Positions 8,936-16,697 are shown, counted from the first letter of the stretch. The stretch is DNA of 16,834 nucleotides from Thermoproteus sp. (GCA_049976425.1 JBMFIG010000030.1:1-16834), one strand, 5' to 3'. Program-made: numbers and translations. The notes: generated by a model not told the origin, from the letters alone.

Positions 8936-9008
8936 TCGCTGAGGGCAGACCTCCCAAACGCCCCGTCCGGAAAATCGACGTCGACGGGGCCGTAGGCCCC
9001 CGACGCGC

Positions 9009-9841
9009 CTAACGCCGCGCTACCTCCAGCACGGCCTCCGCTATGGCGCCGGCGACGTCGACGCCCGTCACCCTCTGGACGTTCTTGAATTCGGGCACGC
9101 CGTTGACCTCCAGCACCTTGTAGCCGTCCCTCGACTCGACGACGTCGATCCCCGCGTACATCACGCCGACGGCCTCCGCGGCTTTGACCGAGATCTCCTC
9201 CAGCTCGCCGTCTATCTCGACGGGCTCCGCCTTGCCGCCTCTGGCCGTGTTGGTGCGCCAGTCCGACGACGAGTATCTGTATATCGCCGCGACGGCCCTA
9301 CCAGCCACCACGGTCACCCTTATGTCCCTCCCCGGCTTCTCCACGTATTCCTGCACCAGGAACTCCTGCATCGAGGACTCGAGGTGCCTCTTGTGGGCGA
9401 CTATCGACGCAAGGTCGTCGGGCGACTTGGCGAGGCTGACGAGCCTCCCCCAGGAGCCGTCCAGAGGCTTCACTATGACGGGGTAGCCGAGGGCCTCGGC
9501 CGCCTTGAGGGCGGGCTCGAGGCCGAACGCCAGAGCCGTCCTGGGCGTGGGGACGCCGACGCGTCTAAGGGCTAGATAGGTCAGGTACTTGTCGTGGGAT
9601 ATATATAGCGACTGGGCCGAGTTTATAGATACGCCGCCGGCCGCCTCGTAGGTGTGGGCCAGCGGGAGGACCTTGGACCTCCCCGCGACTCTTATAAGGC
9701 CCACGAGGCCCAGCCCGTCGGGCGCGGCGAGGTTCTCGGCGTCTACAAGCCTCACGGAGGCGTTGCGCCTCTTTAGCGCGTCTAACAGCAACCGCTCGTC
9801 GAGCCTCAGCAGGTCGTAGACGAAGTCGATTTCCCCGACAT
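9009..9841 (-). CDS. lysX: LysX alpha-aminoadipate--LysW ligase (RimK/ATP-grasp family); needs a -1 frameshift near codon 3-4
   Basis: KPLDGSWGRLV, VQEYVEKPGRDIR, AIYR, WRTNTARGG and EVNGVPEFKNV motifs (NV suggests LysX rather than ArgX-type GF). The conserved N-terminus IDFVYDLLRLDERLL has no in-frame start before an upstream TAA. ATG 9841, 28 nt after TTATAAA, is out of frame (span 833 nt = 3n+2). Confidence 0.88.
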
Positions 9842-9862
9842 CGCCGTCTGGAGGCGCCGGCC

Positions 9863-9870
9863 TTTATAAG
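9863..9870 (-). promoter_or_regulatory. TATA box of lysX
   Basis: CTTATAAA on the minus strand; TTATAAA begins 28 nt before ATG 9841, the same spacing as other genes in the window. Confidence 0.8.
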
Positions 9871-9871
9871 C

Positions 9872-11149
9872 TTATTGTTGACAGATAGAGAGCTTCTCCT
9901 TAGCCGAGTTCCTAACCCTCTCGGGGTCGGGGGAGCCCAACACGGGCCTCCTCACGGCCTCGCGGGGGTCCGGAAGGTCGGCGGAGCCCGCCTTCACCGC
10001 CTCGGCGGTCTTGAAGTAGGCCTCTCTGAAGGGGACGCCGCTGAGCGCCAGCCTCTCCGCGGCGTCCGACGACGTCGTGGGGTACCTCTTGGCGTCTTGG
10101 TAGGCCTTGTCGCAGTTGAACCTCATGCCCTCCAGGAAGCTCCTCAACACGGCGACGCCCTCCTCGGCGGTCTTGAACACGCGCCAGAGGTGCCGCGTCG
10201 CCTCCTGGAGGTCGAGGCTGTAGCCGTACCCTATCTTTTCCTGGACCGCTAGGAGGGCCGAGGCGTCCGCCACCGCCTCGGATATACGGGCTCTCAAGAC
10301 CTCGAGAGTCACGGGGTTCCTCTTGTGCGGCATTATGCTGCTGGTAGATACGTGTTCGGCGGGCGGCTCCACGTAGCCCAACAACGGGCTGGACCAGGCC
10401 ACCAGATCGTCCACGAACCTCGAGAGCTCGGCGAGGGCCGAGGCCACGACGGACGCCGCGAGGCTTGCGAAGAAGCGGCTCGACGAGGCGTACAAAGTGT
10501 TCTCGACGACGCCGCCGAAGCCCGCCAGCTGGGCCAGCCTCCTGCGGTCCAGCGGGGCCGTGGTGCCGCCGGAGGGCCCCGAGCCTAGAGGCGACTTGTC
10601 GACGATAGGCCTAACCGCCGAGAGGGCTGAGAGGAGGTCGGACAGAAGCTCGTAGAGGGCGAGGAGGTAGTGGCCGAAGGTTATGGGCTGGGCCGGCTGG
10701 AAGTGGGTGAAGGAAGGCATGACGCAGTCGGCGTATTCCGCCGCGCGGCGCGCCGCGACGCACATGAGGCCCTTGACCTCTCTGGACAGATCGTCCATGT
10801 GGCGCAGGAGCCTCAGCCTTATGGCGGCCGCCACGTGGTCGTTCCTGCTCCTGCCGAGGCCGACCCAGCCCCCGGCGGGCCCCACCTTCCTGATGAGGTA
10901 GTCCTCGAGGGCCTCGTGGACGTCCTCGTAGCCCGGCCTCAGGAGATCCTCGACGCGGACCTCCCCCAACGCCTCGAGCACGGCCTCCCCGTCGCCCCTC
11001 GGCACAAGGCCCGCCTCGGCCAAATGGGCCGCGTGGGCCTTCATGACCTCAACCACCTCCCTCGCTATCTCGGCGTCGTCCTGGATGCTGGAGGTGTACC
11101 CGGCCACCACGTCGCTCGAGCCCCCGATCCATCTCCTGTAGAGGGCCAT
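9872..11149 (-). CDS. argH: Argininosuccinate lyase
   Basis: GRSRNDHVA, MPSFTHFQPAQPITFGH and SSIMPHKRNP (fumarase/ASL signature); TATTTATA 27 nt upstream. Confidence 0.96.
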   Translation of the reverse strand: MALYRRWIGGSSDVVAGYTSSIQDDAEIAREVVEVMKAHAAHLAEAGLVPRGDGEAVLEALGEVRVEDLLRPGYEDVHEALEDYLIRKVGPAGGWVGLGRSRNDHVAAAIRLRLLRHMDDLSREVKGLMCVAARRAAEYADCVMPSFTHFQPAQPITFGHYLLALYELLSDLLSALSAVRPIVDKSPLGSGPSGGTTAPLDRRRLAQLAGFGGVVENTLYASSSRFFASLAASVVASALAELSRFVDDLVAWSSPLLGYVEPPAEHVSTSSIMPHKRNPVTLEVLRARISEAVADASALLAVQEKIGYGYSLDLQEATRHLWRVFKTAEEGVAVLRSFLEGMRFNCDKAYQDAKRYPTTSSDAAERLALSGVPFREAYFKTAEAVKAGSADLPDPREAVRRPVLGSPDPERVRNSAKEKLSICQQ

Positions 11150-11245
11150 GTGGGCCCGGAGCCCCGGCTATAAATACGCGCCGCCTGCCAATATATTATC
11201 GAAAATAGCGCGAAAGACTTATATATGTCAAATGTCGTAGAGGCG
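11150..11245. promoter_or_regulatory. Divergent argH/carA promoter region
   Basis: TATTTATA (minus strand, 11169-11176) for argH; GAAAGAC-TTATATA (BRE-TATA-like, 11212-11225) for carA. Confidence 0.78.
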
Positions 11246-12321
11246 ATGTCCCAGGGGCGAACCACAGGGCCTACCTCGTCCTCGAAGACGGGACAGTCCT
11301 AAAAGGCAGGGCGTTCGGCGCAGAGAAGACGGCTGTCGGCGAGGTCGTCTTCACGACCGCCGTCGTCGGCTATCCGCAATCCATCACGGACCCCAGCTAC
11401 AAGGGGCAGATACTGGTCTTCACCCACCCGCTCATCGGCAACTACGGGGTCTCGGAGGACCAGTACGAGTCCGACGGGCCGCAGGCCGAGGCCGTGGTCG
11501 TCCACGAGGCGACGCGGCCGAGCCACTACAAGGCGGTCATGTCCCTCGACGAGTGGCTGAAGGCTTCCGGCGTGCCGGGGATAGAGGGGGTGGACACGAG
11601 GGCTCTCGTCCTCAAGCTGAGGGAACACGGCGTCATGATGGGGGCCGTCGGCCAGGAGCCCCCCGACGAGTTGCTGGAGAAGGTGAGGAAGTCGCCGAAG
11701 TACGACGAGGTGAACTACGCCTTGATGGTCTCGCCTAAGGAGCCCGAGGAGCTCGGCGACGGGAAGATCTGCGTGGGGGTCGTGGACTGCGGCGTCAAGA
11801 GGAGCATACTGAGGGAGCTCGTCAAGAGGGGGGTCAGGGTCTTGAGGGTGCCTTGTCTGAGGTGGGAGCTGGCGCTCAAGTGCGACGCGGTGCTCTTCAG
11901 CCCAGGCCCCGGCAACCCCAACCTGCTGGATAGGGTGGCAGAGGGAGTCAAGGCGGCGGTGGAGATGAGGCTCCCCGTAATGGGCATATGTCTAGGCCAC
12001 CAAGTGGTGTCCAAGGCGCTCGGCGCGAGGCTGTACAAGCTGAAGTTCGGCCACCGCGCCTCCAACAAGCCGGTCAGAGACTTGGCCTTCACCGGCAAGA
12101 CCTACATAACCACGCACAACCACGGATACGCTGTCGATCCGGCCGGGAGCGGGCTGAGGCCGTGGGCCGTACAGCCCGACGACGGCACCGTGGAGGGGCT
12201 CTACCACCCAGACCTGCCTATCCTGACGACACAGTTCCACCCAGAGGCGGGGCCAGGCCCGAGAGACACGACGTGGGTATTCGACAAGTTTCTAAAGATG
12301 GTCGGAAACGGCCTCCGCTAG
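11246..12321 (+). CDS. carA: Carbamoyl-phosphate synthase small (glutaminase) subunit; needs a -1 frameshift near codon 4-5
   Basis: The frame of ORF 11494-12321 extends upstream as RAYLVLEDGTVLKGRAFGAEKTAVGEVVFTTAVVGYPQSITDPSYKGQILVFTHPLIGNYG (canonical CarA N-terminus) with no in-frame ATG/GTG/TTG after an upstream TAG. ATG 11246, 27 nt after TTATATA, is out of frame (span 1076 nt = 3n+2). Catalytic GICLGHQ and QFHPE are intact. Confidence 0.93.
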
Positions 12322-12599
12322 CCCCACATCTCCCTTGTTGTTAGGTATTTCCTCAGCGTCTCCGGGTCTATTGCGCATCCGTTGTTGTTTAGCCATTTTT
12401 GGAGCATTGTCAATATCAGCTCTGCGTTGTGTCTTCCCACCAGCGTCGTCAAGACGTCGTAGGTCCTCCAAGGCTCCTCCAGAAGAACCTTGTCGAAAGG
12501 GTAGCCCAAAGCCGCAAGAGACTTGAAATGGAGAAGGCCTCTAAGAGAGAAATCCAAAGAACCGTAAAAACGAGCCAACAAAGACCGAGTGAGACACAT
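12318..12599 (-). CDS. Small hypothetical protein, possibly DUF3227/NitrOD-like helical domain
   Basis: 93 aa with LLHFKSLAALGYPFDKVLLEEPWRTYDVLTTLVGRHNAELIL pattern; lower GC than flanks; TTTTTAT about 29 nt upstream. Family call is from recalled pattern only. Confidence 0.6.
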   Translation of the reverse strand: MCLTRSLLARFYGSLDFSLRGLLHFKSLAALGYPFDKVLLEEPWRTYDVLTTLVGRHNAELILTMLQKWLNNNGCAIDPETLRKYLTTREMWG

Positions 12600-12660
12600 A
12601 GAAGAATGGCCGAAGTCTAGGATAAAAATTTTATGTTATATTTAGTGTGTCTAGCGGAAT

Positions 12661-12715
12661 ATCCGCCCCCGTTTCTAGTCCGAAATACGTATCGGGCCGG
12701 ATCTCGGCGGCGGAT
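12661..12715. repeat. Long imperfect inverted repeat (hairpin) in the intergenic region upstream of fusA
   Basis: ATCCGCC(12661-12667) pairs with GGCGGAT(12709-12715), CCG with CGG, and GTCCGA(12678-12683) with TCGGGC(12692-12697), around an 8-nt loop. Confidence 0.6.
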
Positions 12716-12749
12716 TAAATGTTTTTATATCGATGCCTCACTGCCTCGC

Positions 12750-14972
12750 ATGTCCAGCGTCGTCAGGATAGTCGAGAAGCAGCTGGACGAGATCTTGGCC
12801 ATAGCTAGGAACCCCGCCCAGATACGGAACGCCGGCACCCTCGCCCACGTGGACCACGGCAAGACAACCACGTCCGACTCGCTCCTCATGGGCGCCGGCC
12901 TCCTCTCGCCGAAGGTGGCGGGCAAGGCTCTTGCGATGGACTACGTCGAGATAGAGCAGTTGAGGCAGATGACGGTCAAGGCGGCCAACATATCGCTGTA
13001 CTTCGAATACGGCGGCAAGCCGTATCTCATAAACTTCGTCGACACGCCGGGACACGTCGACTTCACGGGACACGTCACGCGATCCCTCAGGGTCATGGAC
13101 GGAGGCCTCGTCGTCGTCGACGCCGTGGAGGGCGTCATGACGCAGACCGAGACCGTGGTCAGACAGGCGCTGGAGGAGTACGTGAGGCCCGTCCTCTTCA
13201 TCAACAAGATAGACCGCTTGATAAAGGAGCTTAGGCTCTCGCCGCAGGAGATCATGCAGAGGATACTGACAATAGTGAAGGAGTTCAACTCCCTTATAGA
13301 CATGTTCGCCCCGCCCGAGTTCAAGGACGCGTGGAAGGTGGACCCGGGCAAGGGCCAGGTTGCCCTCGGTTCGGCCCTACACAAGTGGGGCGTGACCATA
13401 CCCATGGCCCAGAAGACCGGCCTCAAGTTCAGCAACATCGTCGACGCATACGAGAAGGGCTACGTGGACAAGCTGGCGACCGACTACCCGCTCTACAAGA
13501 CCCTCCTGTCGATGATAATTGAGCACGTCCCGCCGCCCAACGTGGCCCAGAAGTACAGGATACCGAGGCTCTGGAGAGGCGACCTCAACAGCGAGGTAGG
13601 CAAGGCCCTCCTCGAGGCGGACCCCAACGGGCCCACGGTCATTGCGGTCAGCAAGGTCAACGTGGACCCGCACGCCGGCCTCATCACGACCGGCCGCGTC
13701 TTCTCGGGGACCATAAGGGAGGGCGACGAGGTATACATAATCGGCGCCAAGTCCAAGAGGAAGGTCCTCCAGACCTACATCTACATGGGCCCGTCCCGCA
13801 TAGTGGTGCCCTACATGCCGGCCGGCAACATAGTGGCGTTGCTAGGCACCGACGACGCGAGGGCCGGCGACACCATCGTGGCGGCCAACTTCAGCAACAT
13901 ACCGCCGTTCGAGCGCATGAAGTACATATCGGAGCCGGTGGTCACCGTGGCGATAGAGCCCAAGAACCCCGCCGACCTGGCCAGACTTGTGGAGGCCCTC
14001 AAGGAGCAGGTCATCGAGGACCCGACCCTCGAAGTAAAGATAGACCAGGAGACCGGCCAGATACTGCTGTCGGGCGTCGGCACGCTCCACCTGGAGATAG
14101 CCACGTGGATGCTCAAGGAGAGGACCAAGATAGACTTCACCGTGTCGCAGCCGTTGATAAGGTTCCGCGAGGCCGTTAGGGCCAGATCCGACGTGTTCGA
14201 GGGCAAGTCGCCCAACAAGCACAACCGCCTCTACTTCTACGTGGAGCCTCTCGACGACACGACGATAGAGCTCATAGCGACGCGGGAGATAACCGAGGAG
14301 ATGGACCCGAGGGACCGCGCCAAGATATTGAGGGAGAAGGCCGGATGGGACACGGACGAGGCGAGGGGCATCTGGGCCATAGACGACCGCTACTTCAACG
14401 TCCTCGTCGACAAGACCTCCGGCATACAGTACCTCCGCGAGATCAGGGACTACATAGTGCAGGGATTCCGCTGGACCACCGAGGCGGGCCCGCTGGCCCA
14501 GGAGCCGATAAGAGGGCTCAAGGTCGTGTTGACCGACGCCGTAGTCCACGAGGACCCGGCCCACCGCGGCCCCGCCCAGATAATGCCCGCCACCAAGAAC
14601 GCCATATTCGCCGCCATCCTATCGGCGAAGCCGACCCTCCTGGAGCCCCTCCTGAAGCTCGACATCAAGGTGCACCCGGACTACATAGGCGCCATCACGT
14701 CGGTCCTCAACAAGCATAGGGGCAAGATACTGGACATGACCCAGGAGGAGTACATGGCCATGATAAGGGCCGAGTTGCCGGTCCTGGAGTCCTTCACCAT
14801 AAGCGACGAGCTACGCGCGGCCGCCGCCGGCAAGGTCTTCTGGTCCATGCAGTTCTCCAGATGGTCGCCGGTGCCCGAGGCGATGCTGGCCGACCTCGTG
14901 AAGCAGATACGCAAGAGGAAGGGCCTCAAGGAGGAGATACCGAAGCCCACCGACTTCATCGAGGCCCTCTAA
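12750..14972 (+). CDS. fusA: Archaeal translation elongation factor 2
   Basis: AHVDHGKTT, DTPGHVDF, NKID and the diphthamide loop HEDPAHRGPAQI; true start ATG 12750 (MSSVVRIVEK), 28 nt after TTTTTATAT. Confidence 0.98.
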   Translation: MSSVVRIVEKQLDEILAIARNPAQIRNAGTLAHVDHGKTTTSDSLLMGAGLLSPKVAGKALAMDYVEIEQLRQMTVKAANISLYFEYGGKPYLINFVDTPGHVDFTGHVTRSLRVMDGGLVVVDAVEGVMTQTETVVRQALEEYVRPVLFINKIDRLIKELRLSPQEIMQRILTIVKEFNSLIDMFAPPEFKDAWKVDPGKGQVALGSALHKWGVTIPMAQKTGLKFSNIVDAYEKGYVDKLATDYPLYKTLLSMIIEHVPPPNVAQKYRIPRLWRGDLNSEVGKALLEADPNGPTVIAVSKVNVDPHAGLITTGRVFSGTIREGDEVYIIGAKSKRKVLQTYIYMGPSRIVVPYMPAGNIVALLGTDDARAGDTIVAANFSNIPPFERMKYISEPVVTVAIEPKNPADLARLVEALKEQVIEDPTLEVKIDQETGQILLSGVGTLHLEIATWMLKERTKIDFTVSQPLIRFREAVRARSDVFEGKSPNKHNRLYFYVEPLDDTTIELIATREITEEMDPRDRAKILREKAGWDTDEARGIWAIDDRYFNVLVDKTSGIQYLREIRDYIVQGFRWTTEAGPLAQEPIRGLKVVLTDAVVHEDPAHRGPAQIMPATKNAIFAAILSAKPTLLEPLLKLDIKVHPDYIGAITSVLNKHRGKILDMTQEEYMAMIRAELPVLESFTISDELRAAAAGKVFWSMQFSRWSPVPEAMLADLVKQIRKRKGLKEEIPKPTDFIEAL

Positions 14973-14990
14973 ATTTATAGTTTATATACA
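14970..14990. terminator. AT-rich spacer between convergent fusA and Zn-ribbon genes, possible terminator
   Basis: TAAATTTATAGTTTATATA immediately after the fusA stop, in otherwise GC-rich sequence. Confidence 0.35.
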
Positions 14991-15008
14991 GTCGGCCCTC
15001 CCCCGGTT

Positions 15009-15227
15009 TTAGCCCACCCTCCCGGCCCCCAGCTCCCTCCTCCCCCTCGCGCCTTCGTTGTGGCGCGCCACGGCCTTCCTGACCTCCTCGGCCGACCCTG
15101 ACGCTATAACCGAGGCCCTCTCCAGATCTATCCTCGCCCCGCAGAACGGGCATACGTGCGACTTTGCGCCGGATCTGGCCGCGCTCGCCATGCCGCAACG
15201 GGGACAGACGACCGCCAGATACCTCAT
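15009..15227 (-). CDS. Small Zn-ribbon protein (CPRCG...CPFCG; DUF1922-like)
   Basis: Two CxxCG motifs; ATG overlaps the coaBC stop (ATGA), indicating translational coupling. Confidence 0.75.
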   Translation of the reverse strand: MRYLAVVCPRCGMASAARSGAKSHVCPFCGARIDLERASVIASGSAEEVRKAVARHNEGARGRRELGAGRVG

Positions 15228-16435
15228 CGCCCAAGCGCCTTGACGGCTCTGTCGAGGACAGCCCGCGCGAGCTCCCTCTTGTGGGCAGGCCCCAGCCTCT
15301 CGACCCTCCCGTCGCTATATATCGCTATGTACTGGTCCTTGAGCGTGCCGAAGCCCAGCCCCGAGACGTCGTGGGCGAGGACGAGATCCCAGCCGCCCTC
15401 CTCCATCCTCGCCCTGGCCCTTCTCAAGAGCTCCTCCTCCGATACGCCGTACTCCGCCTTGAAGCCCACGATATAGGCCTTGGGGTTCAGCCGCCTGGCC
15501 TCGGCCGCTATCTTCGGCGCTCTGAGGAGCCTCACGGTGTACTCGGCCACGTCGCTACTGATCTTCCCCGGCGCCCTCTCCGCCACGTAGAAATCCAGAG
15601 GAGCCGCCGCGAAGACCATGAGGTTCTGCGAGGGCGCGAGCTCGGCCACCGCCCTATACATGTCGAGGACCGACACCACGGGCACGGCCTTGACGTTCGG
15701 AGGCGCCTTGACGCCGGGGCCCGCCACCAGCGTCACCTCGGCCCCCCTGGCCGCCGCCTCCCTGGCAAAGTATATACCTGTGAGGCCGGAGCTCGGCGTA
15801 GATATGTATTTTATGTCGTCGATATGCTCGTGGGTGGGCCCCGCCGTGACGAGGACCCTCAGCCCCGACATGTCGCGGGGGGCCGACGCGTCTATCACAG
15901 ACTCGGCCACCTCCTCCACCTCCGGGTACTTAGCCTTCCCCTCCTCGATCTTCGGCTCCACCACCAAAACCCCCCAAGACCTCAGCCTAGAGAGGGCCTC
16001 CTGGAGGGCCGGGTTACGCCACATGGCTAGGTTCATCGTCGGCACGAACACCGACCGGGCCCCGGCTCCCAGAGCCGCGTGTATGCACGTGGTCGCCACG
16101 TCGTCGGCTATGCCCAGAGCGGCCTTGGCCACAGTGTTTGCCGTCGCGGGGGCGACGACCAGCAGGTCGGCCCTCGCGCAGACAGAGACGTGCTCGGCCC
16201 TCCCCGTCAGCCTGGAGACGGCCCTCCTCCCCGTAGCCCACCTAAACAGCTCGGGGCTCACGAGGCGCGCCGCCTTGTCCGACAAGACGGCGGTGACGTC
16301 GGCCCCGTGCCTAATTAAGAGCCGGGCGAGGTCTATAGACCTATATAGCGATATCCCCGAGGTAACTGTTAAGACGACCGACTTGCCGTCCAGAAGATGT
16401 GAGTAGGAATACCTAATCGGCTCGACCTCCGCCAC
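15224..16435 (-). CDS. coaBC: Bifunctional phosphopantothenoylcysteine decarboxylase/synthetase (Dfp)
   Basis: VVAPATANTVAK, PTMNLAMW, VLVTAGPTHEHID, SSGLTG and VGFKAE motifs. Start placed at GTG 16435, 26 nt after TTTTTAA (16455-16461). Confidence 0.95.
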   Translation of the reverse strand: MAEVEPIRYSYSHLLDGKSVVLTVTSGISLYRSIDLARLLIRHGADVTAVLSDKAARLVSPELFRWATGRRAVSRLTGRAEHVSVCARADLLVVAPATANTVAKAALGIADDVATTCIHAALGAGARSVFVPTMNLAMWRNPALQEALSRLRSWGVLVVEPKIEEGKAKYPEVEEVAESVIDASAPRDMSGLRVLVTAGPTHEHIDDIKYISTPSSGLTGIYFAREAAARGAEVTLVAGPGVKAPPNVKAVPVVSVLDMYRAVAELAPSQNLMVFAAAPLDFYVAERAPGKISSDVAEYTVRLLRAPKIAAEARRLNPKAYIVGFKAEYGVSEEELLRRARARMEEGGWDLVLAHDVSGLGFGTLKDQYIAIYSDGRVERLGPAHKRELARAVLDRAVKALGR

Positions 16436-16559
16436 GACGCCATAAGGGAGCCGGTTAAAAACCATGCCCCAGCCAGTATCAGTCGATCGTAAGAAATATA
16501 TTTACTTGATATTTCTATATTTATCTTATCTCTATATAGCGTAAACTGTTTAAAAACAC

Positions 16560-16697
16560 ATGAAGGTGGTCGAACTAAATAAAAAGGTGGCTGTGTTGAG
16601 GTTCGCCAAGGGAGGAATATTCGCGCTGATATTCGTCCTCGCGCTGGTCGGCATAATCAACCCGACCGGCATAAACTCCGGCGGAGGCATATTCTAA
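16560..16697 (+). CDS. Putative 45-aa membrane or secreted micropeptide
   Basis: MKVVELNKKVAVLRFAKGGIFALIFVLALVGIINPTGINSGGGIF: basic N-terminus, hydrophobic helix, Gly-rich tail; TATATA at 16533-16538, 27 nt upstream. Below the ORF-track cutoff. Confidence 0.6.
   Translation: MKVVELNKKVAVLRFAKGGIFALIFVLALVGIINPTGINSGGGIF

Noticed and set aside
9829-9835. Canonical X-XXY-YYZ slippery heptamer G-GGA-AAT in lysX
   Set aside because: It is not phased correctly relative to ATG 9841 (the 0 frame reads GGG AAA), and carA has no equivalent; single P-site slippage on G-GGG explains both genes.
11132-11149. argH start with tandem Arg codons (AGG AGA) as a third sensor
   Set aside because: argH is in frame from its ATG and the LYRRW-type N-terminus is plausibly a protein-level feature; no frameshift is required.
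15925-15965. coaBC lacks the bacterial ACGDxG active-site Cys loop (has EPKIEEGKAK)
   Set aside because: As I recall, this shortened Cys-less clamp is the normal archaeal Dfp form, not a defect.
16435-16443. Out-of-frame ATG (16443) upstream of coaBC as another frameshift case
   Set aside because: It is only 18 nt from the TATA box, has no G-run, and an in-frame GTG at 16435 sits at the normal leaderless distance.
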